Source of the DNA: Eukaryota sp. TZLM1-RC
Lineage: Eukaryota > Protista > Metamonada: BaSk clade
Length of the DNA stretch: 64,000 nt
Reading direction: 5' to 3'
NCBI GenBank assembly: GCA_040285825.1
Contig: JAUPSS010000003.1
Location: 62,001 to 126,000, forward strand
The translations under genes were made by a program, and so were the position numbers. The notes below the pieces were generated by a model. The model saw nothing but the letters and a program-made list of their open reading frames with translations. It was not told the origin of the DNA and searched no databases. Positions 37,761 to 50,461 of this stretch are shown here, one piece after another (position 1 is the stretch's first letter; every line of letters begins with the position of its first letter).

Positions 37761-39983
37761 AAAACAATTAAAAAAAATAAATAACTCAAAAAAATACAAG
37801 ATTTTCAACAGTTGTTGTTTCTGTATGCTCAGATTCGTTCATTCATTTTCTCAACAGAGCTTTTGGGCAAATGTATCGTAGCGGCCCCAATTCCGCTTTC
37901 TTCTTAATTTGAATATTTTTTGCAGCGGAAATATCTCTGTCATATACTGTTTGGCACTCAGGACAAATACGCATCTACCAGGAGTCTTTTGAATTTTTTC
38001 GGCCATGCAACAACTGGACAGTTTGCTTGTATTAAATTCACTGGTTGTCAAGTGCTTCAGGTCCTTTTGATAACACAACCATTATCTGAAAGCCCTAGCA
38101 GACCCATATCGATTGGTTTTTCGGCAATGAGAAGGGAAATTAGCAAAACCCACAACAAAATAGAGTTTTTCAGGATGTCCAGACAGCCTTTGAAATTTGT
38201 TGAGGCTCTCTCGGAACTGTCTCTCTTTATATTTGGGATGTCAAATTTAATTATGTTCCGCTTTTAGCGATTACTTTCCAAGTACACTTTCCTCCTGACC
38301 ACATTCCATTGGTTCAAATTTTTGGTGAAATTTTGAACAGAATATTGGTTGGGGGAATGTTTACTAAGTGAAGGTTTTGTCATGTATCTTCTGAAATTTG
38401 GACAAGGGATAACTCCACAGTGATTATCATTTAAAAAGTAGTTACATAATCTAAATTGTCCTAGATCAACGCCAATAAGGGGCCTTTCAGGTAAAATTTC
38501 GACTGGATCTCTGCGTCTTTAACAGCAAATGTTTTTAATACCCTTCAACTGTAATTCTCTGGTTTTGTTGGCATCAGGGTCACTTTTCATTTCTTCTTTC
38601 AATTTTCTTTTCCTTGTCGGTAATTCATCCAGCTCAGCTGTGTTTTTGAGTCATTATTTTTATTTTCAAAAATGAATAACAGTTCATTACCATTAGTTTT
38701 CAATAGGATCTTTTTAGATCTATTTTTCAAACCTTTTCTGTTGATATCAAATTTTTGATAAGCGTATTGTTTGAATACTCGTATCGGACATGTATTTTTG
38801 ACGAACTTTGTTTTGAAAAATAATCCTTCAATAAGGGAAAATTTTTTCGAAGAAAGGAAAATTTGTGAAGGTACCTCAAGAAATTCAGAACCTTTATAAA
38901 AAGCTAAAAGTATCTTTCTAAATTTCTTCCAGCAATGTATACGAGAATAAAAAGTGAGTAAGTATTGTGAAATTTTAAGATTAAAGAGAAAAAGCTCATT
39001 AATTTTCTTTGATGAAAAGGTGATTCTATTACTTGAACATTGTAAAAAAGCAGTGACAGGAAATCTTTGGAAAAGATTCAAGATAAAATTACATGCATTT
39101 GCTAAAAAGAATCTTATTCTTGAATTATTAAAATGGAATTTGATGTAGTGTTCAAGAACAGAATCAACAACTACTTATTCGGGTTGCTCACCTTTTGTTA
39201 TTACACTAGCTTCTAAAGGTGCTAAGGGTTCATCTGGAATAAGATAGAGAAAATAATTGGCAAAGACATTCGTTTTATCCAGAGCTCTACAATGAGCACA
39301 AATAAAATTTTTTGTCCAGGATTGACAGATTTTAGGTAAACTTGTCTTAACATTAGATGCCAATTGACGAGCCCGACAAGCAAGGTTTGGAGAAAGTTCT
39401 TTTCTATTGATAAAATTACATTTCTGTGACTACAGCCAATCGTTGAGGAAATTGATGAATGAATTTTTATAAGGAACTAAACAATTTTTCCATGTAGAAA
39501 CAAGTGACCTGTCTTGTGGACATTCAGGAAGAAATCCACTGTAAAAGATATGTAGTAATTGGCGTTGTTTTTTGGAGGTGGATGGGTTTGGAAAAGAATA
39601 AGTGGTGATGACGGTCATAAACAATTACCATACATATTGTTCCACTAAAGCTCTAGATGCCAACGGAAAATTCAAAAAATAGATTGAAGCAGTAAAGAAG
39701 CTTCATGACAAATCTCGGTGACCAAAGGAAGGTCAGTCCGAATTTGTTGCACCGCTGCAGGGGCCAGTAGCGGATTTAAAGGCACAAGACCGAATGAATA
39801 CACGTGACACAGAGCGGGTGTTTGACATGTAGTGAGAATAAAGATTTCATCTATCAAATTTTACACTTGTCACCCCTTTTTCGACTTCTGGTTGCCTGTT
39901 TTGAGAATTTTTTAACGCTCAACTTAGTTTTGGGAGGTTTTTACTATTCCCACACTTTCCCCTCATTTCATAAACTAGGTTCT
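37512..39983 (-). mobile_element. Fanzor1 element family 1, copy B (2.47 kb; ORF about 37851-39828, pseudogenised)
   Basis: Collinear with copy A lacking the LTR insertion; 'LIGVDLG', 'SEFNTSK', 'CPEC..YDRDISAAKNI'; homology to A stops at both ends next to a TA. Confidence 0.9.
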
Positions 39984-40893
39984 TAGTTCCCTCACTTACG
40001 TTCTTTTCCGAGCTTTAGGACTCCCCCTGTATTCTCAATACGTGGTTTTCTACTCATTTTTGATTCATTTTTACCTTATACCTGCAGTTGGTTCCCTTAA
40101 AACAATTGTTGGACTCGTCCTAAATCCCACCACTCTCTTCCTGTATGTCCATTCCTTTCCATCGTCAGCTCCTTCACAATTCAATTTTTCTCTTCTCTTA
40201 GACTCTGTCAAAATGGTTGTTGATGAAATTGAGTCATCGCAATGTCATGGAGTGCTTTGTAGCCACTTAACCATAGTTTAAGCAGTTTTATCAGTTTTAA
40301 TAAGCATAATTTTACATCACTGTTAGATCTTTGAATGATTCGTTTTTAATTTTGTTTATTCCTTTGGAGTTTTCAGTTTAACATCCCAATCAGTATTACC
40401 ATCTCCATTCTTTTTGTCATAAGGAGCACTTTTAGGTACAATACTGATCTACCAAGTAGACCACGAAACAAGCTCGTCTGACAATTGTCTGGAGATAAAA
40501 CAATTAGTGGTACTCAGTATCAAACAGTAATTTGGAAAGACTCATAATGATTTGTTCTTTGTTGATTTGATTTTTGAGAAAATTCTGGTCTGGGAACAAT
40601 TTTCACTGTTCATTATTATGATGTTTGGGCACTGTTACAACTTCTCTGGACTGGGTTTGAAGCTCAAGTTTTCATTATGATTATGATGAATTATGATCGG
40701 GAGTTCTTCGTTGAGTTTGTTTTTGTGTAGCCCATAGTTCTATTTGTACCTCATGTCAACAAATAAAACAGCTAATGTAAATAACATGTTGTACAGCTGA
40801 TCCACGTGTACATTTTTAGTACTGAAAAAATAATAAACAATTTATTCTATCCAAAAAATCTGACACGAACTCCTCGAACGAACATCTATAAAG

Positions 40894-41212
40894 TTATGCT
40901 TCATAGTTGAGATGAAGACTGTCTTTACACTTAAGCAAGTCCGATGAGACCATTTTATCAAAGTAGGCCGAATCGCTCACTAATCTTCGTAGAAGAAGTG
41001 TTTTAGCTAGCGAGATATAGTTAACTGTGACACAAAGTAGTACTAATTGAAAAATGTCAGCAAAAGTAGATACTATCAATAGTTAATGGAAGGAGAGCAG
41101 CATCTGATTGAATCAGAAACACAAAAAAGGGATTAGGTAGGGATTAGGTAGGGAAGGAAAAAGAAGAGGGAATACTATACTAGTAGGGATTCAACCTAAA
41201 ATTCAACCACAG
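40894..41212 (-). repeat. Probable left-end fragment of Fanzor family-2 element
   Basis: 40983-41110 is the reverse complement of 63160-63289, which is joined to a RuvC fragment; 41113-41214 matches 61501-61589; minus strand begins TA|CTGTGGTTGAATTTTAGGTTGAAT. Confidence 0.6.
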
Positions 41213-41254
41213 TAATTAGTTTCTCAACATCATCATAAAACATCGTCTGCCAGA

Positions 41255-42202
41255 ATGGATGATCCATCTCTCTATGAAAAAGCCAAACCAACATATTCCG
41301 AACCCGTTCTTTCCTTTGGTGGTTTTGATGCTGGATCAGATTCTTCCTCCGAATCACCTGAATCTGATGTTGAATTAGTATCGAAGCCAAAAGATTCTTT
41401 AGCTGCATCTCGTCGTGCTCTTGTCAATCAATCCCAGACCGCACATCTTCAAAAAAACCTTGTAAGTGCACTCTTAGAACTCAGAGTCCTGCTTCAGGCA
41501 CCTATTGACAGTGTTTCCAAATTACCAACAGAAAACTACAATGCTTTGATGTCTTTATCTCAAAGCAAAGACCCAAATGCCTCTTTACTTCAACACGAAG
41601 TTGAATCCGAATGTTTATCTCTATTAAGAGATTTTCAGGAAACATTTTCCATTCTAGATGATACATTTTCTCCTGACCAGTCTGCTGTTTCTACTGAGGA
41701 GGTCTGGTCGTCAATCGAACCTATTCTTGAATGTCAGGCTCAACAACGTTCTAGTACCCTTTCTTATTGGCACGCCAGGGCCAAGGTGTCTTCGGTTGAT
41801 CCACAATTGAAATCATTGGACCAGAATCCTGAAAATCTTGTTAAATCTCAGGTTGATCACTCTTTAGATCGCTATGTCAAAAAGTCTAGGGTTAATAGAA
41901 CCGGGGCAGTTCGTCTGGGAGATTGTCAAGCTGAGAGGGAGCGTCACGATTTGTATGATGATGGAGATTTTTTCTATACTGTGTTGAGGGATTTAAACCT
42001 TGCTGATGATATAGGTAAGAAGCAACAACTTTTAGCAAAGCATTCAAAGAGAGATAAACTGAAGAAAGCTCCCAGTGAACGTAATTGTAAAAATAAGAGG
42101 TTAAAGTATAGTGCTATTCCAAAGTTACAAAATTTTATGGCTCCCAGGCCACAACCTTTTCCTGCAATGGCACCTGCTCTGTTTAATAGTTTGTTTTCGT
42201 AG
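41255..42202 (+). CDS. AATF: AATF/Bfr2 (Che-1, TRAUB domain) ribosome biogenesis factor
   Basis: 'LLELRVLLQ', 'LKSLDQ', 'YDDGDFFY..LRD', 'KRLKYSAIPKLQNFMAP', 'LFNSLF'. Confidence 0.85.
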   Translation: MDDPSLYEKAKPTYSEPVLSFGGFDAGSDSSSESPESDVELVSKPKDSLAASRRALVNQSQTAHLQKNLVSALLELRVLLQAPIDSVSKLPTENYNALMSLSQSKDPNASLLQHEVESECLSLLRDFQETFSILDDTFSPDQSAVSTEEVWSSIEPILECQAQQRSSTLSYWHARAKVSSVDPQLKSLDQNPENLVKSQVDHSLDRYVKKSRVNRTGAVRLGDCQAERERHDLYDDGDFFYTVLRDLNLADDIGKKQQLLAKHSKRDKLKKAPSERNCKNKRLKYSAIPKLQNFMAPRPQPFPAMAPALFNSLFS

Positions 42203-42561
42203 TCTTTTTCATTACTGTTTAGATTTTCTGCTACTTTTTAAGCCTAGTTTTTTTAGTTTTGGTTGAAGCAAAATGTTTTCTCAACAATATAAACTAGTTT
42301 ATTTAAAGTATCGCAACACATTCTTTATCACAGGTGAGATTTTGTTTGGTGCAAGGAAACTCAGAGCTTTGAAAAACAAGGGAGTGAATAAGCATGGTGA
42401 TACTCGGATCATCAACATCTTACACAGAAATGTTTTAGCAGTGTGAGCAGCAAAAAGAAAATTGGTGGAGAACAACTAGTGACAGCTCATGCCAACTCAT
42501 CTCATCAAGAACTGATTCAAGAACAACACCAGCAATTGATTCTACTCTATTGTTCATCTAC

Positions 42562-44211
42562 ATGTCGTTCGCTGATCTTAAATCCAAAGGTAACGAATCG
42601 TTTAAGTCAAAAAAGTTTGAAGATGCTATTCATTGGTATACAGAAGCGTTGTCTGTTAGTCCTGCCAAGGAAGTCTACTGTAACAGAGCTGCAGCTTATA
42701 TCAACTTGGGGAAATTTGATGAAGCCTTGAAAGATGCTGATTCATCCCTCTCAATTGATCCTTCTTTTGCTAAAGCATATCTCAGAAAAGGTACAGCACT
42801 TTGCTCTCTTGGAAGATCTGATGAAGCCAGGACTACGTACAATGATGGTCTCAAACATTGTCCTGGTAATGCTTCTCTAGAACAGGCCCTTAATGAACTT
42901 CAAGCATCTCAAACTTCTGCCAAAGCTCCGGACATGGCTTCTCTATTTGGAAACATGTTCTCTCCTCAAAACATTGCTGCCGTAATGTCTGATCCATCAG
43001 TTGCTCCTCTCCTGCAAGATCCTAACTTTATCACCAAGTTGACTGAAATTCAATCAGACCCCAACTCATTTGCGAAACATCTGCAAGATCCTTCTATTCA
43101 AAAGTTCATGACTGCTCTAATTGGCAAAATGCAAGGCAACATGCCCGAACCCTCCCCTGAACAACCCAAAAAGGAACAACCCAAAAAGGAACAACCCAAA
43201 AAGGAGACTGAACCTGCTGGTCCTGTTGAAGGCACTAGTGAGTGGTATTATGAACAGGAAAAGGGTAAAGGTGTTGAACTGTACAAAAAACGAAAGTTTG
43301 ACGAAGCAGAGGAACACTTCCTAAAGGCAATGGAATACCTCCCAAATGATGTTTTGGTCAGGTTGAACTTGGCTTCTGTCTCCTTGGAAAAGGGTAATTT
43401 GGAAGAAACTCTGAGCAGATGTGATGATGCTTGTGATAAGGCAAAGGAGACTGGAAAGTATGATTTAATTTGGAAATGTTATTTCAAAAAGGGAAATGCT
43501 TTTGCCAGATTTGAAAAGTTTGAAGAAGCCATTGAATGGTACGAAAAGACTTTAACCGAAAAGAGAGATCGTGAAGTTTCTTTAAAGCTTCGTGATGTAA
43601 AGAAAAAATACAATGAATGGAAACAGCAACAGCTCATTAATCCAGAAAAGTCTGCTGAAGTCAAGGCAGAAGCAAACGAAGCTTTCAAGTCTAATGACTA
43701 TGCAACTGCTATTGAAAAGTATTCGGAAGCAATCAAGTTTAACCCTGATGATCATACTCTTTATTCCAATAGAGCTGCTGCCTATATCAAGATCATGGAA
43801 TGGGACCTTGCATTGAAGGATTGTGCCAGTGCTATTCAGTTGGAGCCAAACTTCATTCGAGCCTATTTGAGAAGGGCGCAGGTGAATTTCTTTTTGAAAA
43901 AATATCACAAATGTACAGAAGATTATGAAAAGATTCTTGCAATCGCACCCGATAATGCTGATGCAGTTACTGGCCTCCAGCAAACTCAACAAGCCGTTAT
44001 GGAACAACAACGCTCTCCACCAGATGAAGAACAAATGAAGAAGGCTCTTGAGGATCCTGAAATCAGTAAAATTATGTCAGATCCGGTAATTCAACAAATT
44101 TTACAACAAGCCCAAACGGACCCTGGTTCACTACAGTCACATATGCAGAACCCTGGCTTTAGAGATCGTATTCTCAAGTTAGTGCAGGCTGGAGTTCTTA
44201 GAATGGGTTAG
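42562..44211 (+). CDS. STI1: STI1/HOP Hsp70-Hsp90 organising protein
   Basis: TPR1-DP1-TPR2A-TPR2B-DP2 layout; 'LKSKGNESF', 'YSNRAAAY', 'DPEISKIMSDP', 'KLVQAGVL'; ATG at 42562. Confidence 0.95.
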   Translation: MSFADLKSKGNESFKSKKFEDAIHWYTEALSVSPAKEVYCNRAAAYINLGKFDEALKDADSSLSIDPSFAKAYLRKGTALCSLGRSDEARTTYNDGLKHCPGNASLEQALNELQASQTSAKAPDMASLFGNMFSPQNIAAVMSDPSVAPLLQDPNFITKLTEIQSDPNSFAKHLQDPSIQKFMTALIGKMQGNMPEPSPEQPKKEQPKKEQPKKETEPAGPVEGTSEWYYEQEKGKGVELYKKRKFDEAEEHFLKAMEYLPNDVLVRLNLASVSLEKGNLEETLSRCDDACDKAKETGKYDLIWKCYFKKGNAFARFEKFEEAIEWYEKTLTEKRDREVSLKLRDVKKKYNEWKQQQLINPEKSAEVKAEANEAFKSNDYATAIEKYSEAIKFNPDDHTLYSNRAAAYIKIMEWDLALKDCASAIQLEPNFIRAYLRRAQVNFFLKKYHKCTEDYEKILAIAPDNADAVTGLQQTQQAVMEQQRSPPDEEQMKKALEDPEISKIMSDPVIQQILQQAQTDPGSLQSHMQNPGFRDRILKLVQAGVLRMG

Positions 44212-44914
44212 CTTACCAAATATTAAATAAATTTACCATTTTTTATCTTTATGTATTTCTCAAAGTAAGCAATTCAATTTAATCAACATTTAAGCAAACA
44301 TCAGCCAGATTTTACTAGAATCAACTGCAAAAGATGCAGTCCTAGATTTTACTATTGCTCGTTCACACGTGCACTGGAAGAGTGGATGTTGGAAGGAGAA
44401 ACAAATCCTAAACTAGTTCGTATTCTGAAACTGAGATTACATTAGCTCTTCTCGTCTTTCTTCATTTTTCTGACGACCCCAAGGTTTCTTAGTTCTGATA
44501 TTAGGACATTAGGTCTCATTAAACAATTTGATAGATGTAAAATGGAAAATGGTACTGTTCTGGCTTTACATTGATTGTATATATGAACTTACTTTGCTTG
44601 GTTTATTATAATGTTTTGTAGAATAAAGATTTCATCCGGTAACTTAATTGAGGATTCATTAAAATAAGAAAAATAATCTGATTCATATCGAATTATGTGT
44701 TTCAACTGGGAAAATGTTTTTCAAACTGAACTACTAAAAATCACAACCATTCATTGAAACAATCTCGAAGTTTTATATCCAAGTTGCTCTTTTTTGCCAC
44801 AGCAAAATTGTTTCTATTATGTGAAGGCATGCTAGCTGAATTTATGTATTGTTTACGTAAAGGGGTTGAGTTCAAGATAATTTTATTTAATGACACACAA
44901 TATAAAGGTACTCA

Positions 44915-45590
44915 TTAGTGAGATACATTTATCAAAAATGGGAAAGAAATGAAAACAAGTTGTCTAATTCTATCAGCACTAGTTTCTTCAACATCTTTGT
45001 CATATTTTTTATGTGTTTCTTTGGCTTTAAATTCAAGAGCATCTACAGGATTGAGTTTTCTTCTGTGAAACAAAATGTCATTTGCAACATTACAGGAGAC
45101 AAAGTCAACAAAAGCTTCAGAATTCTCAATCCAATCACAGTATATATCACCTCTGTCATCAGAACCAAAATTATTCAATGACAGTGTTCTTTTTAGCAGA
45201 GGCTCTTTGATACACGAGATTCTTGCATTTCGTGCCATATCAAAAACAGTGTCTCTAACAGCATCATGAAATGAAGAACGCTAAGTTATCAATTTAAAAC
45301 AATTTAGAGCATGACGCAAAGTGAGCTGTGGTGAATTCGAACAAAGACATTTTTCTTTCATTAATACTTGATTACCGGAAATATTCAAACATAATCTCTT
45401 TTTCCTACAAACGCTTCATTAATAGCAGACAGTGCAAATCTTCGTGGCACAATGGTCACAAACAATGAAGAAACTGATGACTGATTTTCACAAACAGATT
45501 TTTCCAATAGCAATGAGTGAAGATCTTGATTTAAAACAGCCGAGCTGCATATATTTTTATAAAAATCATTTTCATACATTCCAGTGACGT
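44915..45590 (-). mobile_element. Internal 3' fragment of CRE-like element
   Basis: 'DDRGDIYCDW..VDFVSCNV' matches the 48514-50226 protein. Confidence 0.85.
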
Positions 45591-45936
45591 TTTATTAAAA
45601 ACATAATTCCACTTTTTCCAATCAACAATCAACGTAAAGTACTGAGTTTGCATCACTTTTAAACCCTCACCCATGTTGTGTTTCTGTCATTCTACTCTAC
45701 CAGGCAAACATAGGCAAGATTCTCTAGTAGAATAGATGCTGTATGAGCATTTGAGAGTTTTTATGCTAATTTTTTATAGATGGATTTTATTGTAGACTTT
45801 AGAATGAATAATCTGTGATCAATGAAGCGCAGCTTTTAGAAACTGCTGCTCTTGTAGAAATTCAAAAGGAAGTGATTCATCCAAAGAATTCAAATTTAAC
45901 AAAAACAATGCAAGACTGATATTTCGTATTTCTTAA

Positions 45937-47358
45937 TGTTCCCTTAAGTCGTGAAGATGACGTAAAGTGAATGAGAATAAAGTTGATTTATTTTGCCCTT
46001 ATTTTAGTTAAGCCTAAGGGCGCCAACATTGCTTCTTCCTTTTTTCAAAATTAATTGACTTTAATAAACTAATAACTATAAAAACTATAAATTTACAAAA
46101 TACTAATAACAACATAAAATGGTTTCTATTGTCTACTATTATGTCTAAGCTGGTTGAATATTGTATAAACACTGGTTTTACTTAATTAAGATAGACCATC
46201 AATGATATATGACCCTTGTACAATAATGTGGAAGATTAGTTGGAAATAACTGAAAAGGCCTTGTTTCAAATTCTGTGTGTTTGATTACCTTGTTGAGTAT
46301 GTTTTGATCGCTGCATAATGACGCTCTGCTTCTTTCATTTTCCGTAAACGAGTAACGTGGAAGTGTCGTTGAGTAAATTTATTGTCAAAATGAATAGTGT
46401 ATTTGCTATTGAATATACAGGATCTATGCTGCAATCAAGGCAACAGTAACCAAAATAACAAAATTCAAAGATCCCAAGGCGGCGTCTTTTGTTGTTGAAG
46501 TATTGACTAAAATGGTTAAAGGAGCAACATCCGCACCCTTGCCATTGTAGTACATGATGGTGGAGGTGGAGTCTCTACTCGTTACCTCGTATGTAGTCAA
46601 CTTTTTTGGTGTTTGGTTCCATAAAAGACGGAGCTGCTCGAATAGACAAAAATCTGTTGAGTTGAGGTAAGCCGAAGTGTCTTTGTATAGAATCTTAAAG
46701 AAACCTTCATTGATGTCGTCTTTCCCTTCCATGCTGTCTAATTGAGCATGAACCTTTTCGTACCTGTCTAGAGGGGTACACGTAGCTGAGGTGGGGTTAA
46801 CATCCATTCCTGTAACCATCATTGGTGCTCCTTTTTGAAGGGGAGAAATAACCGGGTCCGTTCTTGTTACCTCTATACTATCGAAAGACTCTTGAACTTT
46901 TGGGAAGGGAGACGGAGCTGGCTGCGTTCTCGTTGTTTTTTTGACTATTCTATCTTTAGATACAGAGGTGGGATCCGAATCCGTACCTGTTTCCTTGTTT
47001 TTCTTTTTAACCTCAGAAAAAGGTAGGACTCGTCCATTCTTTTGTTCGACTGAAGATGTATTTGAGCAGGTGCTGGGATCAAAGTCTGTTACCTCGTTGT
47101 CCTTTTCTCGTTGCTGCACGTGGTAAGGAGTATGTGAATTGTCAGAAAGATCATTCTATAAGTTGTCTGACATGCTATTCAACTGTTTGGCTTAAGTTAA
47201 CTGCTGAAGTGCTGTTTGCTATGCTGTTAGATACGGTATACCTGTGACTTAATGCATGCCAATAATTAGTGTTGCCTTAGGTCATGAAGTTAACATAAAA
47301 TGAATGAGATAAAGTTGATTTTTTGCCCATATTCTATTTAAGCCTAAAAACGCCATCA
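45937..47358 (-). mobile_element. Internally deleted short-LTR element (~90-bp diverged LTRs at 45937-46028 and 47270-47358)
   Basis: TG...CA direct repeats; minus-strand PPT GAAAAAAGGAAGAAGCAA before the 3' LTR; gag-like ORF 46424-47119; no TSD seen. Confidence 0.6.
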
Positions 47359-47412
47359 TTGATGTGTGTCTACTATGCAAATGTTGTTTCATCGGTGATG
47401 TTAACTCACAAA

Positions 47413-47916
47413 TCAGAATTGTCTTCCGTCTAGATTCATCTGTTTTTTTGTGATAAGCATAGCATTAGGACTCAACTCAGTAACAACCAATTGAAAAGTT
47501 ACATAATGATTTGTGTGGTTAAATAAATCGCAGTTAACATCATAATGATCTAAGAAAGGAACTAAGAGGTCTACAAAATTATTTAAAATTGAATCATGTC
47601 TACACTTGGGTCTATTGTTTATTTCTGGAATTTGATAACTTGGACAAATGCATAAAATGTGGCATAATTTTGCTAGCCTAGATTGACATAACAAGCACAC
47701 AGGAGACAATAGTTTAGATCCATCAGGCATTTTCCGACAAATTTTCCATAGAGAAAGGTTATCAACAGTAGGTAGTACATTCAAGGATGAAGTAATTGCA
47801 AATTTAATAATTCTAAAAGGTAGATCAATCAACATGGACAGCCAATGATGATCAGCGTTCATATTTTCTGAGTTTAACATGGCATTGTTCATTAAAGATT
47901 GTAATTTGGACTCCAT
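47413..47916 (-). pseudogene. HERO/NeSL-like non-LTR C-terminal fragment
   Basis: Identical to the 8557-8983 protein up to 'HYVTFQ'. Confidence 0.7.
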
Positions 47917-48058
47917 AATTGTTTCATTATTTTGTTTAAATCAAAGTTGAAAATTTCAACTTATAATTTATTGAGCTTTCACACTTAACAAAAATAAACT
48001 CATAACTAATGGGACGAATTTCATTGAAGCAACATTTCCTTTACAAAATTTTTGATCT

Positions 48059-50290
48059 GAAAGTTTCAACTGCAAATATAATGATTTCAGAAGTTCTCGT
48101 TTGACTGCACTTGTCAAAAATTCAAAAATGGATGTTCGTCCTATTGCAGTCTCTGAGAGCTTACATAATATTTTTTTCTGCGTGTTGCTTAAGCAGGTTC
48201 AATGAAAAAGCTAAAAAGATTTTATTACCCTTTCAATATGGTATAAATACTACAGATGGAGTCTCTTCAGCGATTTTTGCTACTGATGTCTTATTTCGTC
48301 AAAATGAATCCAATGTTTGCATGTCATTGGATTTTAGTAATGCTTTCAATTCGCTAAGTCGTCGGAGTATCCATGGTGCTCTATTGCAATATATGCCAGA
48401 ATTAATACCATATTTTCAATCAACATATTGCACATATTCTAATTTACATTTTGGTAACAACATTTTGATTTCATCAAGTGGCGTAAAGCAAGGAGATCCG
48501 TTAGGACCACTTTTTGTTTTGTTTGGCCATTCATCCTATTCTACTGCAAATTCAAGAGATGTTTCCTTCACTAAAAATGATTGCATATATGGATGATGTT
48601 GTGCTTATTGGTGAATTAAATATTGTGAAAAAAGCAACTGTATGTTTTAAAGAATTATTTACCAAAATTGGTCTCCGACTTAATTTACTTAAATGTGTTT
48701 TGTTATCGAATTCTCCAGTTTCCACAATAATTGATGATATTGAAATTCAAGCCAAATTATATTCAATTGATGCTATTCGTCATTTGGGTTCGTTTTTAGG
48801 AAATAATGATGAAATTACCAAAAAATTGTTTGAAAAGTTGAACTCAATTTCTGACAAAATTGACCGAATGATGAATTTAGATATAAAAAAACACATCAAA
48901 TTTACCATTATAAGACTGTGTTTTAGTTCCAATTTTAATCATATATTTCGATCTACAAATCCTCTCGTCACTAGACCTTTGGCTCAAAAGTTTAATGAGT
49001 TACGTGCAAAAGTTCTGTCTCAATTACTGGGATGTAAAATGTTTCAAATTCCAGATCATGCTTACCTTAGTCCACAATATGGTGGTTTAGGGTGGACGAA
49101 GGCTTCTATTCTTACCTCGTGTGCTTTTGTTGGTGGATGCAGAAATGCAATCTTTGAGTTCTCCGAAAGATTTGCAGATTGGGAAGATTTATTGATGACA
49201 ACGCAAAGTTCCACTGTTTTTGCATTAAATGAAGAAATTTCAAGAATTGATGTAGAAAAATGGGGTCGATGTTTTCCCCAATCATTCAATGGCAATATTC
49301 CAGAAAAAAATGTTTTAAATTTGAAGTACACTCTTCGAACATTACAGAAAAGATTGACTGGAATGTATGAAAAAGATCTTTATAATAATATTTGCAGCTC
49401 GGCTGTTTTAAATCAAGATCTTCACTCATTGTTATTGGAAAAGGGTGTTTGTGAAAACAAGGTGTCAGATTCTTCACTTTTTGTAACCATTGTACCACGA
49501 AGATTTGGATTGTGTGCTACTAATGAAGCATTTGTAACAAAAATGAGATTATATTTGAACATCCCCATTAACCAATTATTATCAAAAGAAAAATGTATTT
49601 GTTCGAATTCACCTCAACTCACTTTGCGCCATGCTCTAAATTGCTCTAAATTGATAACTTATCGTTCTTCATTACATGATGCTGTTAGAGACACTGTTTT
49701 CAATATGACACAAACTGCAAGGATATCGTGTATCAAAGAGCCCCTGCTGAAAGAAACACTTTCTCTGAATAATTTTGGTTCTGATGATAGAGGTGATGTA
49801 TACTGTGATTGGATTGATAATTCTGAAGCTATTGTTGACTTTGTCTCATGTAATGTTGCAAACGATACTTTGGTTCACAGAAGAAAACTTAATCCTGTGG
49901 CTGCTCTGGATTTTAAAGCAAAAGAAAAACATAGAAAATATGATAAAGAAATTGAAGATGCAAATATCGATAGAAATACACAGCTGGTTTTTATTGCTTT
50001 TCCATTTTCGATAAATGGAAGATTATCAGTTGAAGCAGAAACTTTTTTGGATGACTTCCAAAAAATGGTGAAAGAAAAAACAATGAAAAGATTTGATATT
50101 TTTTTATGGCGTTCACGGATTCAATTTGCCATTATTAATAGATTACCGCGGTTTTTCAATCGAATTAGAGAAGCTTTAGCTAGACAGCAAGCAAATCAAG
50201 ATTTTGTAGAGGAAATCTTGGTTTAATGATAGTCGTCCCATTAGTTATGATTTAATTTAATCAAGTGTGCAAATTCAATAAATTAATGAT
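48059..50290 (+). mobile_element. 5'-truncated CRE-like non-LTR element; 570-aa open RT-end/RLE ORF 48514-50226, one frameshift in a T-run near 48512
   Basis: 'YMDD', 'GGLG', knuckle, 'HDAVRD', 'RGDVY..D..VD', 'KAKEKHRKY'; 3' UTR to about 50290. Confidence 0.92.
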
Positions 50291-50461
50291 TTCATTATAT
50301 AATTCATTGTAAATTTCGGGAAAATGTGTACCAACACGGTGAGAAAAAAACTACATAACATTCGTTCAACACAATCAATTAATGAGGCATTTACGACTAA
50401 CGAAGCGTCAACTGACAGATCTAATTTACATGGCCCCTAAATTTGTTGCAATTCTATTCTA

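Noticed and set aside
41128-41155. Telomeric repeat (GGGATTAGG)
   Set aside because: Only two imperfect units, inside a dispersed repeat also present near 61520.
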